DNA of 64,000 bases from Bacteroidota bacterium (lineage in GTDB: Bacteria; Bacteroidota; Ignavibacteria; Kapaibacteriales; UBA2268), in assembly GCA_004322215.1 (NCBI GenBank), contig SCSM01000011.1:450697-514696 (forward strand), given 5' to 3'. The notes below the pieces were generated by a model, which made no database searches, had not been told where the DNA came from, and worked only from the letters and a program-made list of their open reading frames with translations. Positions 1 to 8,704 of this stretch are shown piece by piece (position 1 is the stretch's first letter; each line of letters begins with the position of its first letter). The position numbers and the translations under genes are program-made.

Positions 1-497
1 GAGGATATTGTTAATTTCAAATTAATATTCGGATTCATTGACATGAAATTTTTAATTTCAATTAATGTCTGATGTGCATTTTCAACTAATGTCTTACTGT
101 TCGGCTCAAACGCTTTGAAGCTGAACAATTCTACTCCGGGTGTGACTTTTCTTACAAATATATTTTGATTGATTTCTTTATATGTAGCATTTTCAGGAAG
201 CTGAAAATATGCTGACGGTTCAACAACCACATACTCTTTCAATGCGAGATAATAATTCTCACCTGAATTCAGTACAACCTGGTAAGAACCGTCCGTTGCT
301 CCGGATTGGCTTTGGTTCTTCTTTCCGGACTCACTTGTAAATCTGAAAGATGTTCCGACCGGCTGACCGGTTCCCTTATCAATGATTTTCCCCTGCATAA
401 GAATTACTGCACCGATGGGATTGGCATTAACATTATTTATATATAAAATTGAGATAATAAATATCACTATTAATAATTTCACTTTGGAACTATTCAT
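1..497 (-). CDS. Exported protein, probably OmpA-like family (partial, runs off window start)
   Basis: Translated by hand from ATG at 497: MNSSKVKLLIVIFIISILYINNVNANPIGAVILMQGKIIDKGTGQPV...GSYQVVLNSGENY...FKAFEPNSKTL...IKNFMSMNPNINLKLTIS. Signal peptide and open frame to the edge; resembles the beta-sandwich plus start of the OmpA domain in 42168..44180. Confidence 0.6.
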   Translation of the reverse strand, partial: MNSSKVKLLIVIFIISILYINNVNANPIGAVILMQGKIIDKGTGQPVGTSFRFTSESGKKNQSQSGATDGSYQVVLNSGENYYLALKEYVVVEPSAYFQLPENATYKEINQNIFVRKVTPGVELFSFKAFEPNSKTLVENAHQTLIEIKNFMSMNPNINLKLTIS

Positions 498-575
498 ATC
501 AATCCAATAATTTTTTGAAATTTTAAATAGTAGCTATAACGAAACGAAAAAAAATATATTGAGTTTTCTCAGGTA

Positions 576-1826
576 TCACTCTTCCCTGATTGCTTCTGTA
601 ATTATCGTTTTGGAAGCTCTTCTGGCGGGGTATATTGCTGCTGTGATTGATAAAAATAATGATAAAATACTTACCAAAATTATATCTGTTGCGTGAATTG
701 AAACGGGTATTGCATTTATTATAAATTTACTTGTATCGAGCCGGAATAAGGAATATTTGATTTGTGCCAGGCATAAACCCAATCCTATTATTACACCGGT
801 GAACGTACTTATTATTCCTATCAATAATCCTTCCATCAGATAAATTTTTTGGATTAATTTACTTGTTGCACCAATCGCTTTCAGTACTCCAATATCAGCT
901 CGCTTCTCTACGACAGTCATTGAAAGTGATGCTAATACGTTGAATGCGGCAATCACTATTATCAAGCTCAATATGATGAATGAAACATATCTTTCGAATT
1001 GCATGATATTATATAATTCTTTGTGTAAATCATACCAGGTCAGAATCTTTGCATCCTTATTAATAATTTCTTTTAATTTTGATTTTACTTTTTCCAGGTC
1101 ATAAAGCGATTTCAGCTTTATATCGACAGTCAATGCAGAACCTTTCGGAGGAGAAAATAATTCGACTCCCGGGAAGTAAGACGTATAAGCATAGTAATCG
1201 TCGTACTCTTTAGCATTAGTCTGGAAAATGCCTGTTACCCTTGTTCTTACCTGTACCGGTTCCGTAAAACTTCTTGCAGCATATTCAATCATTTTAGGTG
1301 AAACCAATGAAACCGTATCTCCTGTCAGAACTTTCAGCCGGTCTGCAAGACCTGAACCAATCACAATTCCCGGGAGTTCATCTCTTTCGGTTATATCAAA
1401 TCTCCCTATAATGAGCATATTTGCAATGCCGGAAACAGAATTTATTTCTTCCCGTTTCACTGCATTCAATGTAATAACATTCATACTGTTATTTTTGAGT
1501 GCAATAATTCTCCCCTGCAATCCCGAAGATGCAGCTTTTACTTCACTTAATTTTCTTATTTTTTTCAATATGGAATCGGTATTATGCAGCCATGCACCTT
1601 CATTAGCAACTATCCTTATATGCGGGTCAAATCCGATTAGCTGCTGTTCGGCAAATTCACGAAATCCGTTGAAGATTGATGTTACACATATTATTGCTGC
1701 AATTCCAACAACAATCCCGATTATTGAAATTGTCGAAACAACTGTAATAAAATGAAAAGAACGCACTGTGAAGATATACCTCACAGCAATTTTTAATGCT
1801 AATTTTAAGGAGCTTTGTTCTTTCAT
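576..1826 (-). CDS. lolE: Lipoprotein-releasing ABC transporter permease (LolC/E, FtsX-like)
   Basis: N-terminal TM with SIFNGF, periplasmic MacB-like domain, C-terminal AAFNVLASLSMTVVEKRADIGVLKAIGA and YPARRA. Start placed at the ATG at 1826 (ORF track starts at 1886). Confidence 0.85.
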   Translation of the reverse strand: MKEQSSLKLALKIAVRYIFTVRSFHFITVVSTISIIGIVVGIAAIICVTSIFNGFREFAEQQLIGFDPHIRIVANEGAWLHNTDSILKKIRKLSEVKAASSGLQGRIIALKNNSMNVITLNAVKREEINSVSGIANMLIIGRFDITERDELPGIVIGSGLADRLKVLTGDTVSLVSPKMIEYAARSFTEPVQVRTRVTGIFQTNAKEYDDYYAYTSYFPGVELFSPPKGSALTVDIKLKSLYDLEKVKSKLKEIINKDAKILTWYDLHKELYNIMQFERYVSFIILSLIIVIAAFNVLASLSMTVVEKRADIGVLKAIGATSKLIQKIYLMEGLLIGIISTFTGVIIGLGLCLAQIKYSLFRLDTSKFIINAIPVSIHATDIILVSILSLFLSITAAIYPARRASKTIITEAIREE

Positions 1827-1906
1827 TAAATAAATAAACAGTAATTTCCAATGATGCAATTTGCTTAAAATTGCGTGAGAATACAAGAAATGTTATAATA
1901 GTATTA

Positions 1907-2404
1907 TTATTTTCCCGGAATAAATAACGGGATAATTGCATCGGTGATTTCTCCGATACATTCCATCACATTTTGCTCTCTTTTGAAAATATCTTTAGCA
2001 TGATATTTGTGATTTGGCAGCTTTGTCTTTACATTGAATGCATAGCCATCAATCAAAAATCTTTCCCCGTTGATTATAAAATTACCTGTCAGAACCCATT
2101 TCACGTGGAGTGAATCTGCTGCCTTCCACATGTCCGATTGATACTGCGGATTGTTTGGGTCGAGATTGAACTGTGCCAAAATAGTTTCAACAGAATCAAA
2201 TGGAACTATCCTGAAATATTTCTCCTCAGGGTCCTTGCTGAACATGGATTTTGTCAGTGAATCCTGCAATTTGTAGCACCAGATGTTCAGTTTAAGGTTA
2301 CCGTCCTTGTTCATAAACGGGAATACTGCAATGCGGACTTGTGAGTGAGCGACAATAGAGAAAAAAACGACAAAACAAACAATAAAAGATATTAACTTTT
2401 TCAT
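1907..2404 (-). CDS. Exported hypothetical protein (TolB-N/CsgG-like RIAVFPF fold)
   Basis: Signal peptide MKKLISF...AHS, RIAVFPF motif, GGAG Shine-Dalgarno before the ATG at 2404. Confidence 0.55.
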   Translation of the reverse strand: MKKLISFIVCFVVFFSIVAHSQVRIAVFPFMNKDGNLKLNIWCYKLQDSLTKSMFSKDPEEKYFRIVPFDSVETILAQFNLDPNNPQYQSDMWKAADSLHVKWVLTGNFIINGERFLIDGYAFNVKTKLPNHKYHAKDIFKREQNVMECIGEITDAIIPLFIPGK

Positions 2405-2422
2405 AATTAACTCCTGCAAGAG

Positions 2423-2749
2423 TTATTTTAAATCGGGATTATTATCTAATTCCTTTTTTATTTCAATAAAAGAATTCTTAAGTATTGAACCCATTTTTTC
2501 CGAATTATCGAAATCATGTTCTTTGGCATATCCCATTAACTCTATACCCTGGGCTGCTATGTTATCCAAACCGAACTGGAAGCAGGAACCTTTAAGCGTA
2601 TGTCCGAACCTGTATAAATCATCCCAGTTCTTACTTTCAATCAAAGCTTCAAATTGGCTGTCAATGTCCTGTATCCATGTGTCAACAAATTCAGGAAGTA
2701 ATTCTCGAATAAACGGGTCATCTGGTAAATGCACTACATATCCTAACAT
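2423..2749 (-). CDS. Stand-alone Hpt (histidine phosphotransfer) domain protein
   Basis: 108 aa helical protein with the GHTLKGSCFQFG Hpt phospho-His motif. Confidence 0.85.
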   Translation of the reverse strand: MLGYVVHLPDDPFIRELLPEFVDTWIQDIDSQFEALIESKNWDDLYRFGHTLKGSCFQFGLDNIAAQGIELMGYAKEHDFDNSEKMGSILKNSFIEIKKELDNNPDLK

Positions 2750-2804
2750 AATAATTTTAACATAAATTATTCTCCCATTAGCAACAACAGGCAGAATTAT
2801 AAGA

Positions 2805-3238
2805 TGGAAGAAAGCGATAAGCCGAATTTTGTCTTGGGATTAATCATTAATGATTATTCCGAGGCAGTTATTAATCTTGAAGCAATGTCGCCATTACTTT
2901 CCTGCAGTCTACCCGGTAACATCGGCAAAATGCCGATTGAGCGAACCACTCTTTATTCCGGTTTCCCGGAATCTGCTACCTTATTTGACTTTGCTCCATG
3001 CAGGGTTTGCCGTACCGTTGCGGTCACCCGCAACGACGGTGGGCTTTTACTCCGCCGTTTCACCATTGCCTCCATGACTTCCGGTAAACCGGAACGGATT
3101 GGCTGTTTGCTTTCTGTTGCACTATCCGTCAGCTTGTCCAAGAGGATTTGCTGCCTTCGTGTTACGAAGTGCATAGTTCTGTGGAGTTCGGACTTTCCTC
3201 ATCCCGATTAATCGGGACGCAACTGCCTGCTTTCCCCC
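2805..3238 (-). ncRNA. rnpB: RNase P RNA, bacterial type A
   Basis: Minus strand carries GAGGAAAGTCC (3190-3200), GTGCAACAGAAA, GGTGAAACG, GGCAAACCC and the 3' ACAAAATTCGGCTTAT (2817-2832). 5' GGGGGAAAGC pairs with 3' GCTTTCTTCC (P1). Confidence 0.97.
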
Positions 3239-3296
3239 AAATTTTATTTTTTAAAGAACTAACTTAATAATAATCCAAATTTAATAAAAAACAATT

Positions 3297-4031
3297 TTAT
3301 CCGAAAATATCTTCATCATTGATTATTATATCTTCGGGATACAATATTCTGCCACAATTCTCACACGTGAATATCATTTCGAGATTATTCCTGATTTCCA
3401 CAATTTTCTGAGGTGGGATGGAACTGAAACAACCTGAGCATGAATTGCGCTTGACACGGACAGCAGCATCGAGTGTATGGTCCCGAATTCTGTTGTATTC
3501 CTTAATAAATTCCTTGTTAATTTTCTTCAACGTATCCTTGCGCTTTTTTACCAGCAGCTTTACATCCTCATCCTGGTCGTTAGTTATCGTGTTAAATTCC
3601 TCTTTAGCATCCTTCAATTCGGATTCGATTGATTTGACATCCTGTTTCTGCTCATCAATCTTTGCATTAAGATTTTCTTCTTTTATACCTGTCGTTCTGA
3701 GTTCGGTAGAAAGTTTCCCGTATTCATCTCTTATATTTTCTATTTCTTTTGTGATTGCATCGAATTCTTTATTATTTCGTACGAGAAACTGCTGCTTTGA
3801 AAGTTTATCTTCCTTTTCCTTCAGGGATTTCAATTTCACTTTTGCATTTGCTGCAAACTTTTTATTATCAGACAATATTTGTTCCGATTCCTCAAATCTG
3901 ATTTTTGCCTCTTCCAATCTTTTTTCAATATTTTTCAATTTATCCGGGAGGTCTCCAAATTCTTCTTTCCTCTCATCGAGTTCATCGTCTATTTTTGAAA
4001 GTAAAGCCAGTCTGTAAATCTGTGAATTCAT
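3297..4031 (-). CDS. Coiled-coil protein with C4 zinc ribbon (zf-RING_7/CT398-like)
   Basis: Long coiled coil, NNKEFDAI motif, CSGC...CENCGRILY; typical neighbour of Nif3. Confidence 0.9.
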   Translation of the reverse strand: MNSQIYRLALLSKIDDELDERKEEFGDLPDKLKNIEKRLEEAKIRFEESEQILSDNKKFAANAKVKLKSLKEKEDKLSKQQFLVRNNKEFDAITKEIENIRDEYGKLSTELRTTGIKEENLNAKIDEQKQDVKSIESELKDAKEEFNTITNDQDEDVKLLVKKRKDTLKKINKEFIKEYNRIRDHTLDAAVRVKRNSCSGCFSSIPPQKIVEIRNNLEMIFTCENCGRILYPEDIIINDEDIFG

Positions 4032-4894
4032 TAATTCTGCACCATTTTTTTGTTACTATTTATTAAATAATTATTCTGCTTTGTATGGTATAAATTGCCA
4101 TTTGGAAAATAATGAACTGGATTCGTTAAAACCTTAGACACATTAATTTTTAAATCTTTATCTCCCTTAAACGGTTTTGTCAATAATTGAGCAATTCCGT
4201 TCGGAACAAACTGTTCCATTTCATAATGGCCGGGGTCAATTAAAACCATTTTACCATAGACTCTGTGATAATGATGATATGAAATATCAGCTGTTATAAA
4301 AGCATCCACTCCGCTTACTAATGCTTCACTAATAAAACCTGAGCCGCTACCCCCGACGATTGCTATTTTTTTGATTTTTTTATTCTTCCCGGTTTCTGAA
4401 TGTTTTATTGGTGAATTGCATATTTTGTGGATTCTATTCAAAAGGAGATTCAAACTTATTGCTTTGGGAACAGACGCAATCACACCTAACCCTCGTTCGT
4501 TGTAAATATTGCTTTTGATGAGAAATTCCTCGAATTTAAATCCAAGTTTATCTGCCAAAATTTTTGAAGTGCCTTCGCTGTATGCATCGAATGTTGTATG
4601 TATTGAAATCAAAGCAATCGAATTTTTAATTAATTCTGAAGATAAATATCCGACACGATCGCTATCGATGATTGCTAAAATCGGATTGTATATCAGGGGG
4701 TGGAAAGTAACAATGCAATCACATCTTAATTTAATTGCTTCTCTTATAACATTCTTATCCACTTCCATCGTAATCAAGATATTTGAAACATTTTCCCTCC
4801 CCGCCTGAATTTGTAAACCAAGCCGATCGTCTTCAATCCCTGAATCCTGTGGTAATATTTTATTGATTTTATTAAGTAAGCTTACAAGCTTCAT
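4031..4894 (-). CDS. Nif3-like dinuclear metal-centre protein (DUF34)
   Basis: GLQI, TFHPLIY, SIHTTFD, GGSGS, TADISYH, DPGHYEME motifs; stop overlaps the start of the zinc-ribbon gene. Confidence 0.92.
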   Translation of the reverse strand: MKLVSLLNKINKILPQDSGIEDDRLGLQIQAGRENVSNILITMEVDKNVIREAIKLRCDCIVTFHPLIYNPILAIIDSDRVGYLSSELIKNSIALISIHTTFDAYSEGTSKILADKLGFKFEEFLIKSNIYNERGLGVIASVPKAISLNLLLNRIHKICNSPIKHSETGKNKKIKKIAIVGGSGSGFISEALVSGVDAFITADISYHHYHRVYGKMVLIDPGHYEMEQFVPNGIAQLLTKPFKGDKDLKINVSKVLTNPVHYFPNGNLYHTKQNNYLINSNKKMVQN

Positions 4895-5138
4895 TAAACT
4901 TCTCTTTAAAAATATATTTGGTTTCGTTAAACCATTTGATAATTTGCCTTCGATTTATTCTCAAAATTACAAAATAAATTTGTAATACAATTTTTCATTG
5001 TGCAAATACGTTATCATTATTAACGTTTTAATTTTAATATGATTTTTGTATGTCTGAGTTCGAAATATGAAATGGTATCAAATTTTTAAATGTCTGAAAT
5101 TTGTTCCGTAAATTTTTCTCTTTTTTATTAAGTATATT

Positions 5139-5864
5139 ATGATAAACAGTTTTATAAAATCCATATTATCAGTTTTAATATTTAATCTATTTATAACCTA
5201 CCCTTCATCCTATACTTTTGGACAAGTAAAGGGTGAACCGGCAAAATCATTTAATCCTGACACAAATTTTATATTTCAGTCGCCAAGACCTCTTATTAAT
5301 TCAAATCCGAATTCGAATTCACCGAGAAGGGCTTGGGGTATTGATTTGATTTTCTCAAACAGCGGATTCGGTGTAGGGACTTTTTATCAATATTATATAG
5401 CTCATGATTTATTTTCATTCGCCAGCTTATATATTTCTGGTGCAAGGAATACAGACGAAACCGAATGGGTTGACCAATATACAGGTGAAACTATAATTAT
5501 TGATAAAATTAACCGGCTCTATATGTTCCCTCTTACTCTTGGATTACAGCAATATTTGTTTACAGATGTTATATCAGAATCCATGAAATTATTTGCACAG
5601 GGAGGTTTGGGACCAACATTCATTCTTTCCACACCTTATGACCATGAATTTTTCTCCGCTTTTTCTTTTGCAAAATTTTATACAAGGTTTGGTACTTTTA
5701 TAGGTGTCGGTGCCGATGTAGGAAGCGGGACTTCTTTGCTTACTATCAATGCACGCTATTATTACATCCCGTTTGGCGGAAATGGACTTGAAAGTATAAG
5801 GAATTCCCCGATAAAAGATTTTGGCGGTTTATTCCTCTCATTAAGTTTCGGAGCAAGATTCTGA
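5139..5864 (+). CDS. Hypothetical outer-membrane beta-barrel protein
   Basis: Signal peptide, alternating hydrophobic strands, C-terminal Phe (LSLSFGARF). Confidence 0.55.
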   Translation: MINSFIKSILSVLIFNLFITYPSSYTFGQVKGEPAKSFNPDTNFIFQSPRPLINSNPNSNSPRRAWGIDLIFSNSGFGVGTFYQYYIAHDLFSFASLYISGARNTDETEWVDQYTGETIIIDKINRLYMFPLTLGLQQYLFTDVISESMKLFAQGGLGPTFILSTPYDHEFFSAFSFAKFYTRFGTFIGVGADVGSGTSLLTINARYYYIPFGGNGLESIRNSPIKDFGGLFLSLSFGARF

Positions 5865-5867
5865 TAA

Positions 5868-7031
5868 TTACTCGAAAGCCGGGATTCCGGTAATATCCTC
5901 TCCTAAAATCAAAGTGTGAATATCATCGGTTCCTTCATAAGTTTTAACGGATTCCAGATTAGCGGCATGCCTCATAATGTGATACTCATACAGTATTCCG
6001 TTTGCTCCGTGTATCTCTCTTGCAATTCTGCATGCGGTGAGTGCAATATCAACGTTATTTCTCTTAGCCAGTGAAGTCTGCTGGAACCTGTCTTTTCCTT
6101 CATCTTTCAACCGTCCAAGGCGGTAAGCAACAAGCTGGGCTTTGGTAATTTCATTAAGCATCCACACAAGTTTTTCTTGTATAAGCTGGAAAGAGGCAAT
6201 CGGCTTGTTGAATTGAATCCTCGATTTTGCATATTGAACCGATGAATCATATACCGCCATTGCAGCACCGACAGCACCCCACGAAATTCCGTATCTTGCC
6301 TGAGTCAGACAGCTTAAAGGTCCTTTCAGTCCTTTAATATCTATTAAATTTTCTTCAGGGATTTCGCAATCCTGAAAAATCAACTCAGAAGTAACAGAAG
6401 CTCTCAAGGACAGTTTCCCTTTCATTTCGGGAGCTGTAAATCCTTTTGTTCCTTTTTCAACAAGGAATCCCGTTATCACACCATCGAACTTTGCCCAAAC
6501 AACAGCAATATCTGCTATTGTACCGTTTGTTATCCACATTTTGGCACCATTCAGCAGGTAGCCGCCATCAATCTTCTTTGCATTAGTTAGCATTCCCGAA
6601 GGATTAGAACCGTAATCCGGTTCGGTCAAACCGAAACAACCAATTGCTTCGCCGCTTGCAAGCTTTGGAAGCCATTTATTTTTTTGTCCTTCAGTTCCAT
6701 AAGTGTAAATGGGATACATTACGAGTGAATTTTGAACCGAAGCAAATGAACGGATTGCCGAATCTCCCCGTTCGAGTTCCATCATTGCAAGACCATACCC
6801 CGTATAACTTGCGCCTGCACCGCCATATTCAGGTGGAATAGTAATTCCCAACAATCCGAGCCCGGACATTTTAGGGATTAATTCCGACGGGAAAGTGCCC
6901 TTAAGATAATGTTCGCCTATTATTGGCAATACTTCATTCTCGACAAATTCCCTGACAGAATACATAATCAGCTTCTCTTCATCGGAAAGAAGTTCCTCTA
7001 TATTGTAATAATCTATTGCATTGTACGCCAT
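5868..7031 (-). CDS. gcdH: Acyl-CoA dehydrogenase, glutaryl-CoA dehydrogenase type
   Basis: ELERGDSAIRSFASVQNSLVMYPI, GCFGLTEPDYGS, GAKMWITNG, NLESVKTYEGT motifs. Confidence 0.85.
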   Translation of the reverse strand: MAYNAIDYYNIEELLSDEEKLIMYSVREFVENEVLPIIGEHYLKGTFPSELIPKMSGLGLLGITIPPEYGGAGASYTGYGLAMMELERGDSAIRSFASVQNSLVMYPIYTYGTEGQKNKWLPKLASGEAIGCFGLTEPDYGSNPSGMLTNAKKIDGGYLLNGAKMWITNGTIADIAVVWAKFDGVITGFLVEKGTKGFTAPEMKGKLSLRASVTSELIFQDCEIPEENLIDIKGLKGPLSCLTQARYGISWGAVGAAMAVYDSSVQYAKSRIQFNKPIASFQLIQEKLVWMLNEITKAQLVAYRLGRLKDEGKDRFQQTSLAKRNNVDIALTACRIAREIHGANGILYEYHIMRHAANLESVKTYEGTDDIHTLILGEDITGIPAFE

Positions 7032-7135
7032 AAAATTTCCTGTTTATTTAAATTATATATTTTTTTTGCATGGCAAAAATATTTATAAAATACGATAAAC
7101 TCATATTTTTCTTTTTGTTATAAAGAAAAAGTTCG

Positions 7136-7143
7136 TAAATTTG
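7136..7143 (+). promoter_or_regulatory. Bacteroidota-type -7 element (TTCG-TAnnTTTG) of the nusA operon
   Basis: GTTCGTAAATTTG upstream of nusA; the same element recurs upstream of several other genes. Confidence 0.6.
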
Positions 7144-7152
7144 TATTCATCT

Positions 7153-7176
7153 AATGGGCTGTATGCCCATTTTTTG
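7153..7176 (+). terminator. Leader hairpin plus U-tract (candidate attenuator) upstream of nusA
   Basis: AATGGGC-TGTAT-GCCCATT followed by a T run, just downstream of the -7 element. Confidence 0.6.
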
Positions 7177-7227
7177 TTTTCTGATTTTATAGAAAAAAAT
7201 TTTGTATTAGTTATTTAAGCCGAAAAG

Positions 7228-8652
7228 ATGGGTCAAAGAAAAGCTAAATTCAAGGTAGATAAAAAGCTTATTATTGATGCTTTTGCTGAGATGGCAAAAG
7301 AAAAGAACATTGATAGGGACTTGCTCCAGGGAATAGTCGAAGAGACCTTATCCATGCTGGTAAAAAAGAAATACAGCCCGGAGGCAAACTTCGAAATAAT
7401 AGTGAATATGGATAAAGGGGATATAGAAATCTATCTCATGAGGACCATTGTCGAGGAAGTTGAGAACCCTTCTCTTGAGGTATCGCTCGAAGAAGCAAAT
7501 GAAAGAGGCGAAGAGAAATATGAAGTCGGTGAGGAATTCATCGAGGAAATTACTTTAGATAACATTAATATGAGTTTCGGCAGGAGATTAATATCATTAG
7601 CTTCACAAAATCTGAATCAAAAAATTCGCGAAGTCGAAAAAGACAACATATACAATGAATACAATACAAAAGTCGGTGAAATAATAATCGGGGAACTCTA
7701 TCAAATCAGGCGTAACAGCATCCTTGTTTTACACAACAAAGTAGAAGCAATTTTACCAAGAGAAGAACAAATACCTAACGAACCATATAGATTTAAAAAG
7801 AATCAGACAATTAAAGCAATAGTAAAAGAAGTACGCAGAAGCGGAATTTCAGGTTTGCCCGAAATAATTTTATCGAGGTCATCCGATGATTTTCTGGCTC
7901 GGCTTTTTGAGATTGAAATCCCCGAAATATACGACGGCATCATTCAAATAAAATCAATAGCTCGCGACCCTGGAGAAAGGTCGAAGGTGGCTGTCGTATC
8001 GTTTGACGACCGGGTTGACCCCGTTGGTGCGTGTGTCGGGATGAAAGGCATCAGGATACATTCTATCGTTCGCGAACTTAATAACGAGAACATAGACCTC
8101 ATCGAGTATTCCGATAACGATGCCGAATTCATCGCAAAAGCTCTTCTACCTGCTAAAGTGAAAGAAGTAAACGTTCAGCCGGAAATAAGAAATGCAACAG
8201 TGGTTGTCCCCGATGACCAGGTTTCTCTTGCTATAGGCAAAAACGGACAAAATGTCAGGTTAGCTTCCAAACTTACCGGTTATTCGATAACATTAATCAA
8301 CGAGACCGGCGAGGATATTGACCTTTCCGAATTTGAAGAAGAGATTGGGTCCGAACTTTATCAACGGTTAATTGATAATGGAATTGAAACAGCAAGAGGA
8401 TTCCTCGAAACCGAACCCGAAGAATTACTGAAAATAAAAGGAATGACTAAAAAGGTTCTTCTGGAAATCCGTTCTATCCTTCTTGGTGAATTTGATGAAC
8501 CGGAAACTGATGAAATGATAGAAAAAATAAAAAATCTAAAAGTAAAATCATCGAGGTCCAAAAAGGCAAAACAAGAGGAAATAATTGAACCTGAAGAAAA
8601 AATAGAATCAAAAGAGATTATTGATGAAAAAGAAGAAGTCGAAGAATCTTAA
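7228..8652 (+). CDS. nusA: Transcription termination/antitermination factor NusA
   Basis: [45 protein letters not shown]. Confidence 0.98.
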   Translation: MGQRKAKFKVDKKLIIDAFAEMAKEKNIDRDLLQGIVEETLSMLVKKKYSPEANFEIIVNMDKGDIEIYLMRTIVEEVENPSLEVSLEEANERGEEKYEVGEEFIEEITLDNINMSFGRRLISLASQNLNQKIREVEKDNIYNEYNTKVGEIIIGELYQIRRNSILVLHNKVEAILPREEQIPNEPYRFKKNQTIKAIVKEVRRSGISGLPEIILSRSSDDFLARLFEIEIPEIYDGIIQIKSIARDPGERSKVAVVSFDDRVDPVGACVGMKGIRIHSIVRELNNENIDLIEYSDNDAEFIAKALLPAKVKEVNVQPEIRNATVVVPDDQVSLAIGKNGQNVRLASKLTGYSITLINETGEDIDLSEFEEEIGSELYQRLIDNGIETARGFLETEPEELLKIKGMTKKVLLEIRSILLGEFDEPETDEMIEKIKNLKVKSSRSKKAKQEEIIEPEEKIESKEIIDEKEEVEES

Positions 8653-8704
8653 TCCATGAATTTTATTTCAAAGATAAAACAGGAAAATAACTTCAAAGGG
8701 AATT

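Noticed and set aside
2804..3211. ORFs 2804..3211(+), 2850..3077(+) and 2953..3174(-)
   Set aside because: They overlap the RNase P RNA gene; GC-rich structured RNA gives spurious open frames.
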